Below, piece after piece: positions 12,642 through 25,700 of a DNA stretch of 64,000 nucleotides. The stretch is from Calcarisporiella thermophila CBS 279.70. Taxonomy: Eukaryota; Fungi; Calcarisporiellomycota. Every line of letters starts with the position of its first letter. Within the stretch, counting starts at the first letter, position 1. A program made the position numbers and the translations under genes. Location of the stretch: positions 434,085 to 498,084 of the forward strand of contig NW_027192205.1 in the NCBI RefSeq assembly GCF_041956535.1, read 5' to 3'. The notes beneath the pieces were generated by a model. The model did no database searches. It was not told where the DNA came from and saw only the letters and a list, made by a program, of their open reading frames with translations.

Positions 12642-13307
12642 ATGAGCACCCATTACGAGCTGCTTCAAGTCCCCGAGACGGCCACCGCGGCCCAAATCAA
12701 ACAGCAATTCCAGAAACTCATTCTCAAGGTAATTCGTTTTGGTGGTTTTTCACAGTCAAGTATAACTTAGCACTGATAGGATTTTTTTGACACTGTATTC
12801 TATATGAAGCACCATCCCGATAAGCAGACCGACATCCACTCCCAGTCATCCGACTGGTCTCAGCGCATTCTCGAAGCATATGATATCCTGCGACGGCCAG
12901 AAACACGAACGGCATATGATGCAGAGTTAAAGGGTATGAATGTATATACCTACTTACTTGAACTAAATTAAAACATGGATGACCTGATTAGCCAAAAAAT
13001 CGAAGGAATTGGGCATTATTAATGGGGAAATTGATCTGGATGAGATGATGTACGATGAAAGTAAATATGCCTTTTAATGGATATAGCCTTGGTCTATACT
13101 AATCCGGCTCGCTCTTTTCCTCTAGCCGAGGATTTATATACCTATACATGTCGGTGTGGGGGCTTGTACACCATCACCGAGGAAGATATGGAAATAGGAG
13201 CCGAGATTGTGCAGTGTTCAAGTTGTTCATTGCGGATGCGCATTCTCTATGAAATAGCACCGCTAGAAGAGGACAAACCTGAGGAGGTTGAAGATGCCGC
13301 ATCCTAG
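12642..13307 (+). CDS. DPH4: Diphthamide biosynthesis protein 4 (J-domain + CSL zinc finger), 4 exons
   Basis: MSTHYELLQV...HHPDK J-domain, then IDLDEM...YTCRCGGLY...VQCSSCSLRMRI CSL finger. Confidence 0.92.
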
Positions 13308-13517
13308 CGCAGTCATTTGTAGCCTTGTCCCCTCTTATTTTTTCCTTCCCACTCGGTTTGTTGTATTTTTGCTTTTTCTTTTCTATACCACCCCTATTTC
13401 ACCTGCATTCCATCTGTTCCAACCCTTCTGCTTTATTTGGACAATATCAAGAAACTCTATGTACACTAAGGAAAAAAGAAAACGTCTTTTTTGTTTGGTA
13501 TCACACATGCCATTGGT

Positions 13518-14918
13518 TCACTCCCGCCATGAGACCAGTACCTCATCGGTGCGGAAACGCTGGGTGCAGGTTGCTTTTTCCAGTGGAGTTACGAACCCGG
13601 TGCGGAAGGCCAGTAGCCCAGCCTGTGCGATCATGAGACCATTGTCGATGCAGAAGCGCTCATCTGTGGCAAACACACGCCCCCCGCGCTGCTCAGCCAT
13701 CTGGGCCATCATCTCCTGAAGACGCAAATTACCTGCAGGAAGCACAGACGATAAACAAGATACAGGAAATGAGCAAACGTGAGAAAAGCTTTGTTTCGAG
13801 TAAGTTGCTTCTGATACATACAGCCAACCCCGCCAACAATCAGCACTTCGTTACTCCCGATGTGTGCCATGGCACGCTCCGTCGTCTCCACCAGCATGGC
13901 GAACAGGGTCTCCTGCAGCGAGAAGCACAGGTCCTCGGGGGTGCACTCGCCTTTGGCCAGCTGGTCATTTGCCACCGTCTCGATATAGGAGAGAATGCCC
14001 GAGAAGGAGACATCCATTCCCTTGACGACGTACGGAAGCTCAATGAACTTCTTTCCCCTAATGCCGAAGTCGAAAATTCAGCCATGGATTAGGCAAAAAA
14101 AGCAAGCCGGCCACTGGCCTTAGTCTCCACACACCTCTTTGCATACTGCTCGATATTGTATCCCGGGCTAGGATCGTTAGGGAGATTGAGCACGCGGGCA
14201 AACCGATCCAAACAATTTCCAACCGCAATATCAAGCGTTTCACCAAAGATCCGATATCTATTCATAGAATAGGAGTGAGCAAAATAAGGAGGATCCGAGG
14301 CAAAGGGGCCATAGGCCACACCTTTTCTGGGAGTAAGCGATGACTTGCGTGTTGCCACCGCTTACATAGAGCACCACGGGATTCTGTGCTCCGGTGATCT
14401 CCCGCCCCATTTCAATATCTACAGAAAACGAGACGAAACAAAATTAGAGCAACTCTTTAACAGAAGTAAAGGAGAAATGCCGCTGACTCACGTCCAATAC
14501 AGTGGTTCACGCCCACTAGTGGCTTCCCCCACAACAGCGAAAGCGTTCTTGCCACCACAGCAACCGAAATCAACGGTGCACCCATACCAGGGCCTAGGGA
14601 AGCCGAGTGAAATTAAAAATGCGCGCGTTAACTATGAATGGGTTCTCCGAGAGTCGATATCGCAGGCTCACCTTTGGTATAGCAAATAACATCAATGTCT
14701 CGTGGCGAGATCCCTGCATCCTTTAGTGCTTGTCGCAGAACTGGCAGGATATGTTCACGGTGGTGCGCGGCGGTGTCGCGGGGCTGGAATCCCTCTCCGG
14801 GAGGAGTGATGTAAGTATGCCTCACATTAGCAAGGACACGTGTCTTTCCATTTTCATCATGCGCGATAATGCCGATACCAAGTTTATTGGCAGAGCCCTC
14901 TAGACCGATTGCAATCAT
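13518..14918 (-). CDS. KAE1: tRNA N6-adenosine threonylcarbamoyltransferase (KEOPS subunit)
   Basis: [72 protein letters not shown]. Confidence 0.97.
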
Positions 14919-15279
14919 AGCTTCTAAACCTCCAGGAGAAAAAAAAAATGAACTATTTCGGAGACACTCCAAGTTGGCAAACTCTTCAATAACAAAATTG
15001 ACGCAGGTGGTATTGAAAGTCACAAAATACAAAAATAGAGGCTAACAAAGAGAGCTCAGATAATTGAGTATCAACCGAATCTAAAAGAGCCCAAAATGGG
15101 AATACACTTTAAAGTAACTCAACTGTGAACGCTTCAAGCAACATCAGAACGAGAAGTGACAAATACAAATAAATATGCATCAAAAGGGGGGACGACGGAG
15201 GAAGCACTCCGAGCTTTTTACACGAAAAATGTAAACCTTGATAATAATAGAGAGATCGAATGAAAAAAGCGAATGCAAC

Positions 15280-18200
15280 CTATCGATCCCTTAGACACTT
15301 TTCAAGTTCTTTCGAGACAGCTCGCAGAGGAACTTCGGGAGTCTGGGCCCGCACGGTGTACTCTAGCACCTCCTTCTCCAACAGCAGATGCACCAGCACT
15401 AGCTTCTGCGCCTGTGGTCGAATTTTGCCCTGAGCTTGGATTGAGGCGGAGGCAATAATCTCGTTGCCAATGATTTCCACAATATGCCACCCGCCCTGTT
15501 CCAGGTTAGACGTCACCGAGCGTGTGTCCCTCTGTTCGCCTACCTCGCCCCGTGCTAGGGTGGCTTGGCGCTCGTGAGCAAACTCGACCCATAGCTTGCC
15601 AAATTCTTCAGTCACCATGGTATTCGGCGTAAAGGTCAGGAGAGGCGCTGTGAACGCGGGGGATCTCTGCATCGAAGGAGCAGGTGAGTTTAAGGTAGGG
15701 GAAGTGAGTGGAGTCGCTTCGCCAAGTTCGAGTGCTATTAGACTTGACATCATAGACTCCTAAAATATTGGATTTTCCCATAACAGGAGGATATGAGCAG
15801 TTGAAATCGAGAAAGACGTATTTTATACTGACCGCCGGATTTGCGGCTCCACCGCGATGGCTATCGGGGTAGTAAGTAGCTCCGAAGGGTGGCTGGCTGT
15901 AAGAGGAGCGGCGATCTTGTCGATACTTTGGCCCTGGACTAGATATATATCCACGCGATGCGAAACCACTACATTGAAGTGAAACCAACGGCATTAGCAC
16001 ATCGAAAAAGGTTAGGGCGTCACCACGACCCACCTCTCAGGTTGATGGTCATCCGCATCCTCATCTGCTGATCCCATGCCATAGATTCTAATCTGACCTT
16101 CTCTGCCCAGTCGAGAAGAAGGCAGGGTGGGGGTCTCGTATTGCGCAAACCGCAGCCCAGACCATGAATTCTCCCAGCTGCGCTCCCTCGTCCTCGAACT
16201 AGAATCCTCTCTGGCCTCCTCAGGCGTCTCATGCTTCTCCTCCTTCTCCGTGGGGTTCATTTTTTTCCCTCCATTTTTCAATCGCTCCGCACACTTTGAC
16301 ACGGCCTCTGTTACGCTTGATTTTATCCTCGCATTGGAAGATAAGGTTATGCACTGAGAAAGGCGCTGCAGCAGCTCAGCGTCAGTGTGATGTCTGGCCA
16401 GGGCGCCATATTCCCCCAAGAGCTATAAAAGTAGATGCCGAACTATGAGGCAAGGGGTGGAGCTCGGTTCATATTGTAGACACATTTTACCCATATGGCC
16501 GCATCCAAGATATCAAGGTCGATGGATTCGTCGGATACGTGTTCAAGGACAGGCAGGAGGTGGTCTATATCATAGGGGGATTGGGAATCGCTCTCCAGGT
16601 GCAGTTCTACACGCGACCACGAGAAAGATGCAAAAGCTACAGATGAGGCAGAGTAAAAAAGGGAAATTTCAAATGGTTTCTATACCTTCCACCACATCAC
16701 CCGCCACACTTTTAATAAACTCGGGATCACCTTGAAACTTGGTAAGCTCGAATATCCGGATATTAGTTCGAATGCACCACTTGCGATTGGGCGCATATGT
16801 AATAGAAAAAAAAAAGAGAGAGGGAAGGGTTAAGGAAATGGACTCGAGTAGCATAAAACGCCAGTGGGGTGAGGAAGTATGAATATATATAAAGGATATT
16901 TTTTAAAGATTTCCAAGATGGTCTTCAAGTGTCTCTCGGGCATCCTGCTTTCGACTGTGAGGGCTTCTAGGACGGCTATCGCGATCTTCTCCACATTTTC
17001 CTCCCGCACCCACCGTGGCAACAGGCCCATTGCCTTCCATCTTACCGACTCGTCCTCCGTGCTAAGACACTCACCCATTATCCGCACCAAATCCTCGCTT
17101 TTTTCATCGTCTCCTCTCGCCCACCACTCCGTATCCAAGTGCTCGAGACAAGCCAAGCCTATGTAGCGCAAATTGCTATTTCTCGAGTCGAGATACCGAA
17201 TGGCAGTCTCGAAAGGCCGGTGCTCTTCCACAAATCCCCGCCGCACTAGAGGATGTAGCACGGCGACGGTGCGCATACACTCGTACACCACCGCCAGGGC
17301 CGCATCCACGCCCTCCTCGGCACGCCGGAGAACGCTGAGCAAGACGGGGGCAACATCCTCTGATAGCCTCAAGTCATCTTGTATGAGGTGGGCGAGAATA
17401 CGGAGACATTTTATCTGCATCCACGGGGCAGGCTCTCCATGGTAGTAATAATACTCCGGAACCCTGCCCTCCACGATGGTAGACAACATTTGAAGGAGGA
17501 TATGGCAGGCATCGGGAAATTTCTCGGGCACTCTCTGTGAACGGGAATGGAGAAGCGTTAAACTTGAATCAGCCCCCCCCCCCCATTATCCGGTATTCTC
17601 ACTTTTAAGATATCGAAATAGAGATCCAGTGCCGAGGACACCACCCCCACGCTCTCACTCCTTAAAAGACGCTGCGCCACCAACTCCACGTTGTTGATCG
17701 CATCAGGAGCCATCTTGTACGCAATCCCTAAAACGCGGACCGATTTTTGGCGTACGCTCATAGAGCGGTGATGCAATTTCTTCTCCAAGTGGGGAAACAT
17801 GACGGGCACTAGGGCTGGATTCATGAGGTAGCAAAGAGCGTTGAGGGCGATACAGACCTCTGCATCCCTATCGCTCTCTATGTCCTATCCCAACCGAAAG
17901 AAAAGCGTAAAAAAATAGTCCCATTGCTGCAGCAACCTCATCGGCGAGCCTGGACTTACCCTTTGAAAAGTATTGACAAGCAACAAGCACAGCTCATTCT
18001 CGGGGTCCAACAACAGAGAGCAAGCTAGATATCCCACGCGTTTCTCGGCAAGGGTGCGGGCATTTTGTGTTAGTGTGACGGCGTGGATATACCCAAACGA
18101 CACATCATGGCCGAGGAAGTGGCAGAGCAGGAGACAAATTACATATTCGCGCTGTTTGGACTATTGGGATCAAATTAGCCATTACTACAAAATCTCTATC

Positions 18201-18574
18201 CTTGATCAATGGAGCTATGTATACTGTTGAAATGTGGGGTTTGGACAGCTTTTCACGAAGGGCACGAATCTCTCCCACAACCACCGTCCTCTAGTAGCAA
18301 AGAAAAAAAAACGAGATATTCAGCATAGCTTAAGACACACACCAGCCAGAGCATTCATGGTAGAGAGATAGCCGTGGTGGACATTAAAAACCTTAGAGTA
18401 TAAGATGGCCACGAAGGAGACTGAAGATCTGCGATCTACACGTCAAGAAAAAGAAAGAGATGGGTAGCATACCTCATCCAATCGCGGGTCCGTCAAATTG
18501 CGGATGAACTTGTGGTAGTGGTATCCCATCCCCGAGGTGATAAGCGAGGGATTGAAGAAATTGGCCAGAGACAT
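15280..18574 (-). CDS. AP4E1: AP-4 adaptor complex subunit epsilon (adaptin N-terminal + AP4E appendage), multi-exon, includes one AT-AC intron
   Basis: LGHDVSFGYIHAVTLTQ...EKRVGYLACSLLL, EYYYYHGEPAPWMQIKCLRIL, K-YAPNRKW, C-terminal TEEFGKLWVEF...WHIVEIIGNEIIASA typical of epsilon adaptin. Confidence 0.88.
16799..16899 (-). other. U12-type (minor spliceosome) AT-AC intron, 101 nt
   Basis: 5' splice site ATATCCTTT (16899-16891), branch site TTCCTTAAC (16837-16829), 3' end ...TCTATTAC. Removal joins IFK-K to YAPNRKW in frame. Confidence 0.92.
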
Positions 18575-18963
18575 GGTGTTGGAGAATGCAAAGTCCACCT
18601 CCTGCCCGTACCATTTTCTTTCAACTCGATTTTGCCGCTGAAAATTCCCAGTCACACTCTCCAAGGGAAATGAAGGGAGAGAGAGGGTATCCAATGGTCA
18701 GGATCGGTTTTTAGTGCGGGGAAAGAGAGAGAGAAATGATTATGATTAAAGACAGACGATAAATAAGGGGTTTGATCCATCATACAACCAAACAGTGTCT
18801 ATATACAATCCAAGAAAAATAAACACACGGAACTCTATACTGACAAAGGCGAAAGATCCCTGGGCGGGAAGGAGCGAATAGCCGGTGGTCTTACACGATA
18901 ACTGTTTTTACACAATAGGGGGAGCATTCGCCTCGACCGGGCGCGCTCAAAGACGCCGCCCGG

Positions 18964-20550
18964 CTATGATTTATATTGGCTGGCGAATTGAGAGAACAGC
19001 TTTGTGAATTCGGAATTCTCCACGGGCTCTACTTGAGGATTCTGCAGGGGAGAGGCGGGCGTTAGGAGCGAGGAGGGCGCAGAGAGGGTGAGTAGGAGGA
19101 GAGGGCTGGGAAGGTTGAGCCGCTTCAGAGAGGGTAACATGACGGGGGATCGGCTAGGTAACGGTGCGGTAGGGTGTGGGTGGAGCGAGGACATCAGCTC
19201 GGGCGTAGTTAGAGAGGGTATGGAGCAGCGGTGCGTCACCTCCGGCGACGACTGGGTATTCAGGTATGGCCTGTGGCAAGGCAGGAGGGAGAGCGGGGAG
19301 GGAAGCGAGGCGCCTGTCGTCATGCGGGGCTGACTTGGGATTGGCGAGTGTTCTGGAGTGGATAATCCAAACTGGACGTCGCCTCCTTCCTCGAGCATGC
19401 TCTCTGTTGAGTTCCCGCTGGAGAGCAGCCTAGGAGAGCTGACGTAATCCTCCGTGCTATCGCCGACGGAAGCACAAGGGGACCGGCTGTATACATAAGA
19501 TGTGGATTGGTTAGTCAAGGAGGGAAAGAGGGAGGGGGAGGCTTGGAAAGTGCCGACAGGGGGTACATACGACTGGGTGTACCGATTCTCCTTCCGCGTC
19601 CTCATCCGGAAACCTTGTTCGGAAAAGTGACGCGACAGGTAGGTTGACTCCGCCATCCCGGGAAAGAGTTTAGGAGGATACACGGTGAACACGTCCGATA
19701 CAATCTGGGCTCGGAGCATGGCTGTGGAGCTGTCGGCAGAGGAGAGGAAGAACGGGGTCAGAACGCCTGCCATTGGATTTCATTGGGGGGGGGGGGGAGA
19801 GGAGGGGAGAGGAGGGAGAGGGAAGGGAGAGGGAGGAGGGAAATGCTGGGAAGGGGCGGGGAGAGCCTACCTTAAGATTTCATAGAGCACAAACTTCAGC
19901 CGAAAGCGGCCCTCTGAGCGCACAGAGATATCGGGAAAGATAAAGAAGCCTCCCTCTACAAAACGCAAGCCGTGCATTAGCATCAGGATAGCCAAGCCCG
20001 AAGCCTATTACGCCCTACCGCTTCCATCGGTGTCTTTATATTTGAACAGCGACTGAGCCGTCGCGCCCGCAGTCACCCGAGTGCCATTCACAAAGCTGAT
20101 TTCGCGGTCTACCGTCGGGTGCATGAGGGACACGTGCAGGAAGAGATAGGGGCTTTGCTGTAGATAATCTCTGTTGGCACGGGATTAGTATTGGAGAGGG
20201 GGAGGGGTTGTGCGGGAACGGCGGGGCTTGGACTTACTTGTTTGATTCATCGCGAACGAGGAGCTGGACAATGGGGGGAGGGTCGATGGGCCGACGGTCC
20301 ACTGCGGCAAAGGAGCAACTAGGTCAATTTTGGGCCGCCAAGAGGCCAAGCATTCGGCTCACCTTTCTCGCGGAAGCTGCAGAGGCGGGCCTGCCGAGGC
20401 TGCTGCCGGATCACCAGCCGGAACCTTTAGAGGGGGAGAGCAGTTGAGACCTCCCGCTTGGGCTGGGCAGGATGAGGCATGCACTTACTGTGGAGCCTGG
20501 TCCAGCGTCCTGCTCGGCTCGTCGGTGTGGTCCTGGTAGCCTCGTTTCAT
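18964..20550 (-). CDS. Velvet-domain transcription regulator (VosA-like) with a Ser/Pro-rich C-terminus
   Basis: Spliced MKRGYQDH...FRLVIRQQPRQARLCSFREKVDRRPIDPPPIVQL...GGFFIFPDISVRSEGRFRLKFVLYEI...SDVFTVYPPKLFPGMAESTYLSRHFSEQGFRMRTRKE. Confidence 0.9.
19785..19843 (+). repeat. Pure polypurine/G-run tract inside a velvet gene intron (19730-19870)
   Basis: GGGGGGGGGGGGGAGAGGAGGGGAGAGGAGGGAGAGGGAAGGGAGAGGGAGGAGGGAAA. Confidence 0.8.
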
Positions 20551-22759
20551 GCCTGGAGCGGGGGAGAGGGGAGGAAGCCTGCTGGGGAAAGGAGCGTGGG
20601 TTGGATTCGGGAGCTGGGTTTGCGGAGGGGCGAGAAAGCACGGCGCGGGAGCTGGTATATGAATTTATGGGCCGATTTGGAAGCCGCGGGAAACTGAAAT
20701 GAGAAAACGAGGACGAGCGTTGCTCCTCCGCAGGAATATATAGGGCGTGTAAGGAGGGGCGAGATGAGGGAAAATAGGATCCAGCCAGGTTCATACCAAT
20801 CGTTTCGCTGGGCGTGATCGTTTTGTGCGAGTGCTACTGTAGCTCACTGAATTTTGGGGTTGGGAGCCTCTCCTCTTTGGTGCAAGCAGGGAATTCCTTG
20901 TAAGTCAAAACATCGGAATCACGGGGAGAGCCAACGCTCTCGCCCTCTCTCTGCTAACCTAGCCCCCCCCCCCCCCCCTCCCCCGCCTCCGCCCCTCCCT
21001 CGCTTCAGTGGGGCTATCCCCGCCCTGGGTGGGCTCTGGCTCGCAGCGGGAGGGGGGGACTGCTGGCCACCGGGCGGGTTCCTCGGCAGAGAAGGGGAGA
21101 CTTGCGCTCGTCGGTTGTGGCCGAGAATGTCAGGCGAGGAGGGGACGGGCTTCACAGGCCATGGTGGTGCGGACGTTGAAATCGCATAGACCACAAAGGT
21201 GGACTCCGCCTTTTATGTAATGAGCTGCCAAGTACAGGTTTGTGGCCAGCTCGGGGGATTTTGCGGCAACAAGAAGCCGGCTGCGCTACACATCCCGCCC
21301 GCTCGGCCGCCTTACCCTCGGGCCTCCTTGGCTCCCTCGGGCCATTTGACCCAGGAATGGGAGCGGGCGGGCAACCCCCCCCCCCCCAATTTGCTCGTTT
21401 CAATTTTATTTGTCCTTTGTGCCGGGATTGCTCCAAAAGGGTTAATCGACGCGGCTCTGGTTGCGCAATGGTGTAGCGCAGCAAGAGGCAATACACCAAA
21501 AGAAAAAACAGCGGAACCAGGCCTCTGCCCTATCAGTAGGCGGCACTGGCACGCAACAGCCGTCCCCCCCTTGGCTGGAGTCCAGATCCTCCTTCCAAGT
21601 CTGAGCCGATCCAGGCTTGCAGCGGGGCCTAAGCCACCGAGCGGTCCCACTTTGGCTAGAGCGGGGGGGAGGGATTGGGCCCGAAATTGGGGCAATGCAG
21701 AAGCGGTGGACCGCCGTCCCGGAGGAGTATGACGGCAAGGCCAAGATGGACAAATGGCTAAAAATAAAGGTCCTGGGAGATTTTCGGGTACAACTGCACA
21801 CCCTAACACAGGAGGCCATGCGCTCCTGGCCAAAACCACTAACATCTTCAAGGCGCGGATGCAAAGTGGTCGTTGAACAAATCCTTGTGCCGTCGGCAAA
21901 TAGCGTTGCCACAGCCCCCCTTCTGCCGCCAGATGCGACGATAAGAGTGGTTGCAGCGGCATTCCAAAGAAAAGCCTAGAAACACGCACGGGTGCACCAG
22001 AGGGCTCTATCGACTCAGGCATCGGATGGGTCTCCTCGGGAAGGTATGGCTAGAGCGCCGTCAGGTAGGGAGCGCGTGGCCCTCACCTGTCTCCATAGTG
22101 AGAGGGGCTGCGGGCGTGCCGGTGCCAGTAGGCCAATGGGAACCTTGCGCCATCCTGAATGGCAGGGTGGCCACACTACAAAGCTGCGTTTCACATTAGG
22201 GTTCCTTGGACGTATCTCGCTTGCCATGTCAAACTCGAACACATTGTTGAGCGGCTTATCCTGAATGTCCAATTCTGGGGACAAATGAACACTCGTTCTT
22301 AAACCAATCTTAAGTAAAGGCAATCAGGATGCTATTGAGGAGAGGGGAAATAAAGCACTCTCCACCCAATGAACCCCCGAGGATGGCTTGGTGAGGATGG
22401 CTCAATATGCAGATGGGACATTAGCCACGATTCCCGGCAGCTTATTTGGCCGTGTGCTAATCAGCTCGCTCGAAGTCTTTACGAGCGACTGCAGGGGCAT
22501 ACATGGTGCGCTTTCTTATCCCGGGCTCCCTCCCCAATGTGCCTCCTCCTCCACTGCGGTTGCAGAGGGCCCCAGCATCTGCGCGGCTTTCGTCAATTTT
22601 TGATTTCTGCTGCTGCGGTCACGCGTATTGAAATTGTCACACCAAAAGGTGGCAAACCATTTTAGTCGATTTATATTTTTTTTTTTTCGTTGGGAAAAAA
22701 GCCAACCCCTTTTTCCAAAGAACCTCCCCTCCCCCTCCCCCTCCCCATTACCATACCTC

Positions 22760-25700
22760 ATGAGCTCCACTCTGACCTCCACCATCGTGAAGTGGACCAA
22801 GGACAAGGCACTTAGCGAGAAGGGAAAGTCGAGCGTGGAGAGTGCCAAGCTGGACTGCGCTTGGCCGCGATTACAAGTCGTCCACCAGGATCAGGCATTT
22901 TCGTAGGTTTCCCCATTTATACCTGGCCAGGCCGATGGGCTGAAGAGCCGCTTCTTTGCATTTTAGTGACTGCCTTCAGCACTACATGGCCGATGTCTGG
23001 CAACTCTCCGGCACCGGCTTTGGGTATCACGTCGCGGCCGTGTTCGGAACACAGAGCACCGGAAAGAGCACTTTGCTGAACAAGATCTTTGGAACCGAGT
23101 TTGACATAATGCCTGAGGAATTCCGCGAGCAGACAACCCGAGGTATGTTTTGCGGCTAGCTTCGGTGCTATATCGCCCCTTGCTGTTGACTGTTTGGTTA
23201 ACCGTGCTTCCGCTCAAGGTATATGGATGAGTCGCGCAAGAGATATGAAGGTGCTGGTGGTGGATGTGGAAGGAACCGACGGCCACGAACGAGGAGAGAA
23301 TCAGGTAATCTTCGCTAGACTAGCCTTTCTTCCCTATGGACACCGAGTTGCTGATCGGAGGACGGGGTTCTTCCCCCCCCCCCCCCCTCCCCCCTTGTTG
23401 GTGCAGGATTTTGAGAGAAAGAGCGCCCTCTTCTCTCTCGCCATCGCCGAGGTGGTCCTCGTCAACATGTGGGAGCAGCAGGTTGGGCTCTACAATGCCG
23501 CTAATATGAACTTGCTTAAAATGGTGTTTGAGGTGAATCTGCAGCTATTCGGTGGCCGGAGAGGGTAAGTGATTTGATCTCTATATTGAGTGCACTGATA
23601 TGGCCGAATTGACAAACCGGGTTCTTCGCTGAGGCAGCAAGGAGAAGACCCTCCTGCTTTTTGTTATCCGCGATCACGTCACAACCACGCCGCTCTCCCA
23701 CCTTTCAGGGACGCTTGTAGAGGATCTAGAGAAGGTGTGGAGAGGTTTGGTCGTGGTAAGAGGATCTCTACTGTTCGTCTTTAGACTCCCCGATATCTGA
23801 CCCTCTGTATGGAATGCATAGCCTCTTGGCCTGGAGGGGTGCCGGATTCAAGACTTTTTTGAACTGGCTTTTGTGTCCTTACCACATAAGATCCTGCAGC
23901 CGGACGACTTCGAGACTCGAGTGGGCCAACTGCGTCGCCGGTGAGTATTCACCCCCATTGCGCTGTTTTCCAAAGGGACCTCGCTGACGAATCCTGCTTG
24001 GGGCTAGGTTTGTGAACGTAGATGATCCCGACTATGTATTCCAGCCTATTTACCACAAAAGGATCCCTGCCGACGGCTTCCATATCTATGCAGAAAATAT
24101 CTGGGTAATTTTCTCAAGGCCGGTCGAGAGGTTTCATTGGAATGCTCACCAGGGTGTGCCTGTATTTAGGAAAAAATCCGCACCAACAAAGATCTTGACC
24201 TACCCACTCAGCAAGAACTGTTGGCTCAGTATAGATGCGACGAGATATCGAATGTAATTGGATTGAGCTCTCCTTGTTGAAGCGCGCGCTTTTTTCTGAG
24301 TGGCTAACCTCATTCTACGAACCAGATTGCGATCGAGGCCTTTCTCGAGAGTATTAAACCCATCAAAGAGCGCATCGAAACCGGCGAGAGGATCAAGGGG
24401 CTTGGAAAGTGGATGTCAGAGCTTCGTGACACCACCATGGGTAGGCAGCCTTACCACGGTGGCCTAGGGGCCCCCCCTAAGGATCCTTGGTTTAAGTCTA
24501 ACCCATTCTGGTTTTGTTGACAGCCCAATTCGACCAGGATGCCTCCCGCTATCACCCAGAGATCTACAAACGTAAACGCTGGAATCATCTTCGGAAGGCC
24601 AACGCCTCCCTCTTCTCCTTCTTTCTTGCCCAGCTCCAGACCTTGCAACGGCAGGCGGTGGAGCTGTTTGAAACCAAGCTCAAGAAATGGCAGCGCACCG
24701 AGCAGAAACAGGCGTTCTCGCATGTGGTCGAGGAGTTTAGAAAGGAGGCGGAGGAGTTGTTCGTGAGCGGGGCGAGAGAGATGGTACTTCCCGAGACGGA
24801 CTGGCAGTATGAGAGGGAGTTGCGGGGGCTTAAGGATGAGTTTGGAAAGATCAAGAACGAGGCGAGGGGTGCGCAGTTGAGCAAGATAGCGCGTCAGATA
24901 GAGAGCCAGCTGGCGGTAAGGGCCCATTTTCTTTTTTTTTTTCACTCTCCCCCCCTTAATGAACCCCTTGCGATGCCCTTCTACCGTGGAAAAAAGGCCG
25001 AGATAGCAGAGCCCATTTCTAATTGCCTCAATCACCCAACCGACGACATGTGGCTCAGGCTGATCGTCATCTATGAGGATGCCGTGGATCGTTCTCTGAC
25101 CAAGATGGTCGTGAAGGCAAGAGGTAAAGTGGAATGGGTTGCCTGTGTTCTGTAGTAGGGGAAGGCGATCTTGGGTATTGAACGAGACCTTTATATCTAT
25201 GTCTCCAGGGTTCGAGATGACCGATGAGGAATACCAAAGCGCGTCCATCCTGCTCAAGCAGCACTCGTGGCTGATCGTGCGAAAAAAGGTGGATGACGAG
25301 ATGACCGATCCGCTTCTCCTCGTCAAGCTGCGCAACCAGTAAGTAGTAGCCCCCCCCCCTCCCCCTCTTCCATCGCTATGGAAATGAGGAAGCGGACCCG
25401 CTCACCATCTCTCGTTTCTCATAGCTTTGAAGAGCACTTTCGCTACGACCGGCATGGGCTTCCTCGAGTATGGCGCCCCAACGAAGATATCGACACCCAG
25501 TTCACCAAGGCGCGGGACAACACCCTGCGGCTGATCCCCCTGTACGCGCACATCCGGCTCCCGGGCGAAGAGTACGCGAATGACGAGAACGGCGGGTTTA
25601 CCGTCCCGTCCAGCGACGAGTTCAACTTCACCGCCTCCTTGACCGTGCTTTCCGAGGGGAAGCAGCGGGACCTGGCCCAGCGGTTCCGGGCCATTGCGGA

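Noticed and set aside
12642-14918. DPH4 and KAE1 as a translation-fidelity gene cluster
   Set aside because: Convergent housekeeping neighbours in a gene-dense genome, with no evidence of functional clustering
21452-21487. tRNA D-arm-like hairpin (GCGCAATGGTGTAGCGC)
   Set aside because: No anticodon arm, T-loop (GTTC) or acceptor-stem partner follows
22648-22656. GGTGGCAAA (Rpn4 PACE match) upstream of SEY1
   Set aside because: Single 9-mer at a non-proteasome gene, and no exact copy was seen at ECM29
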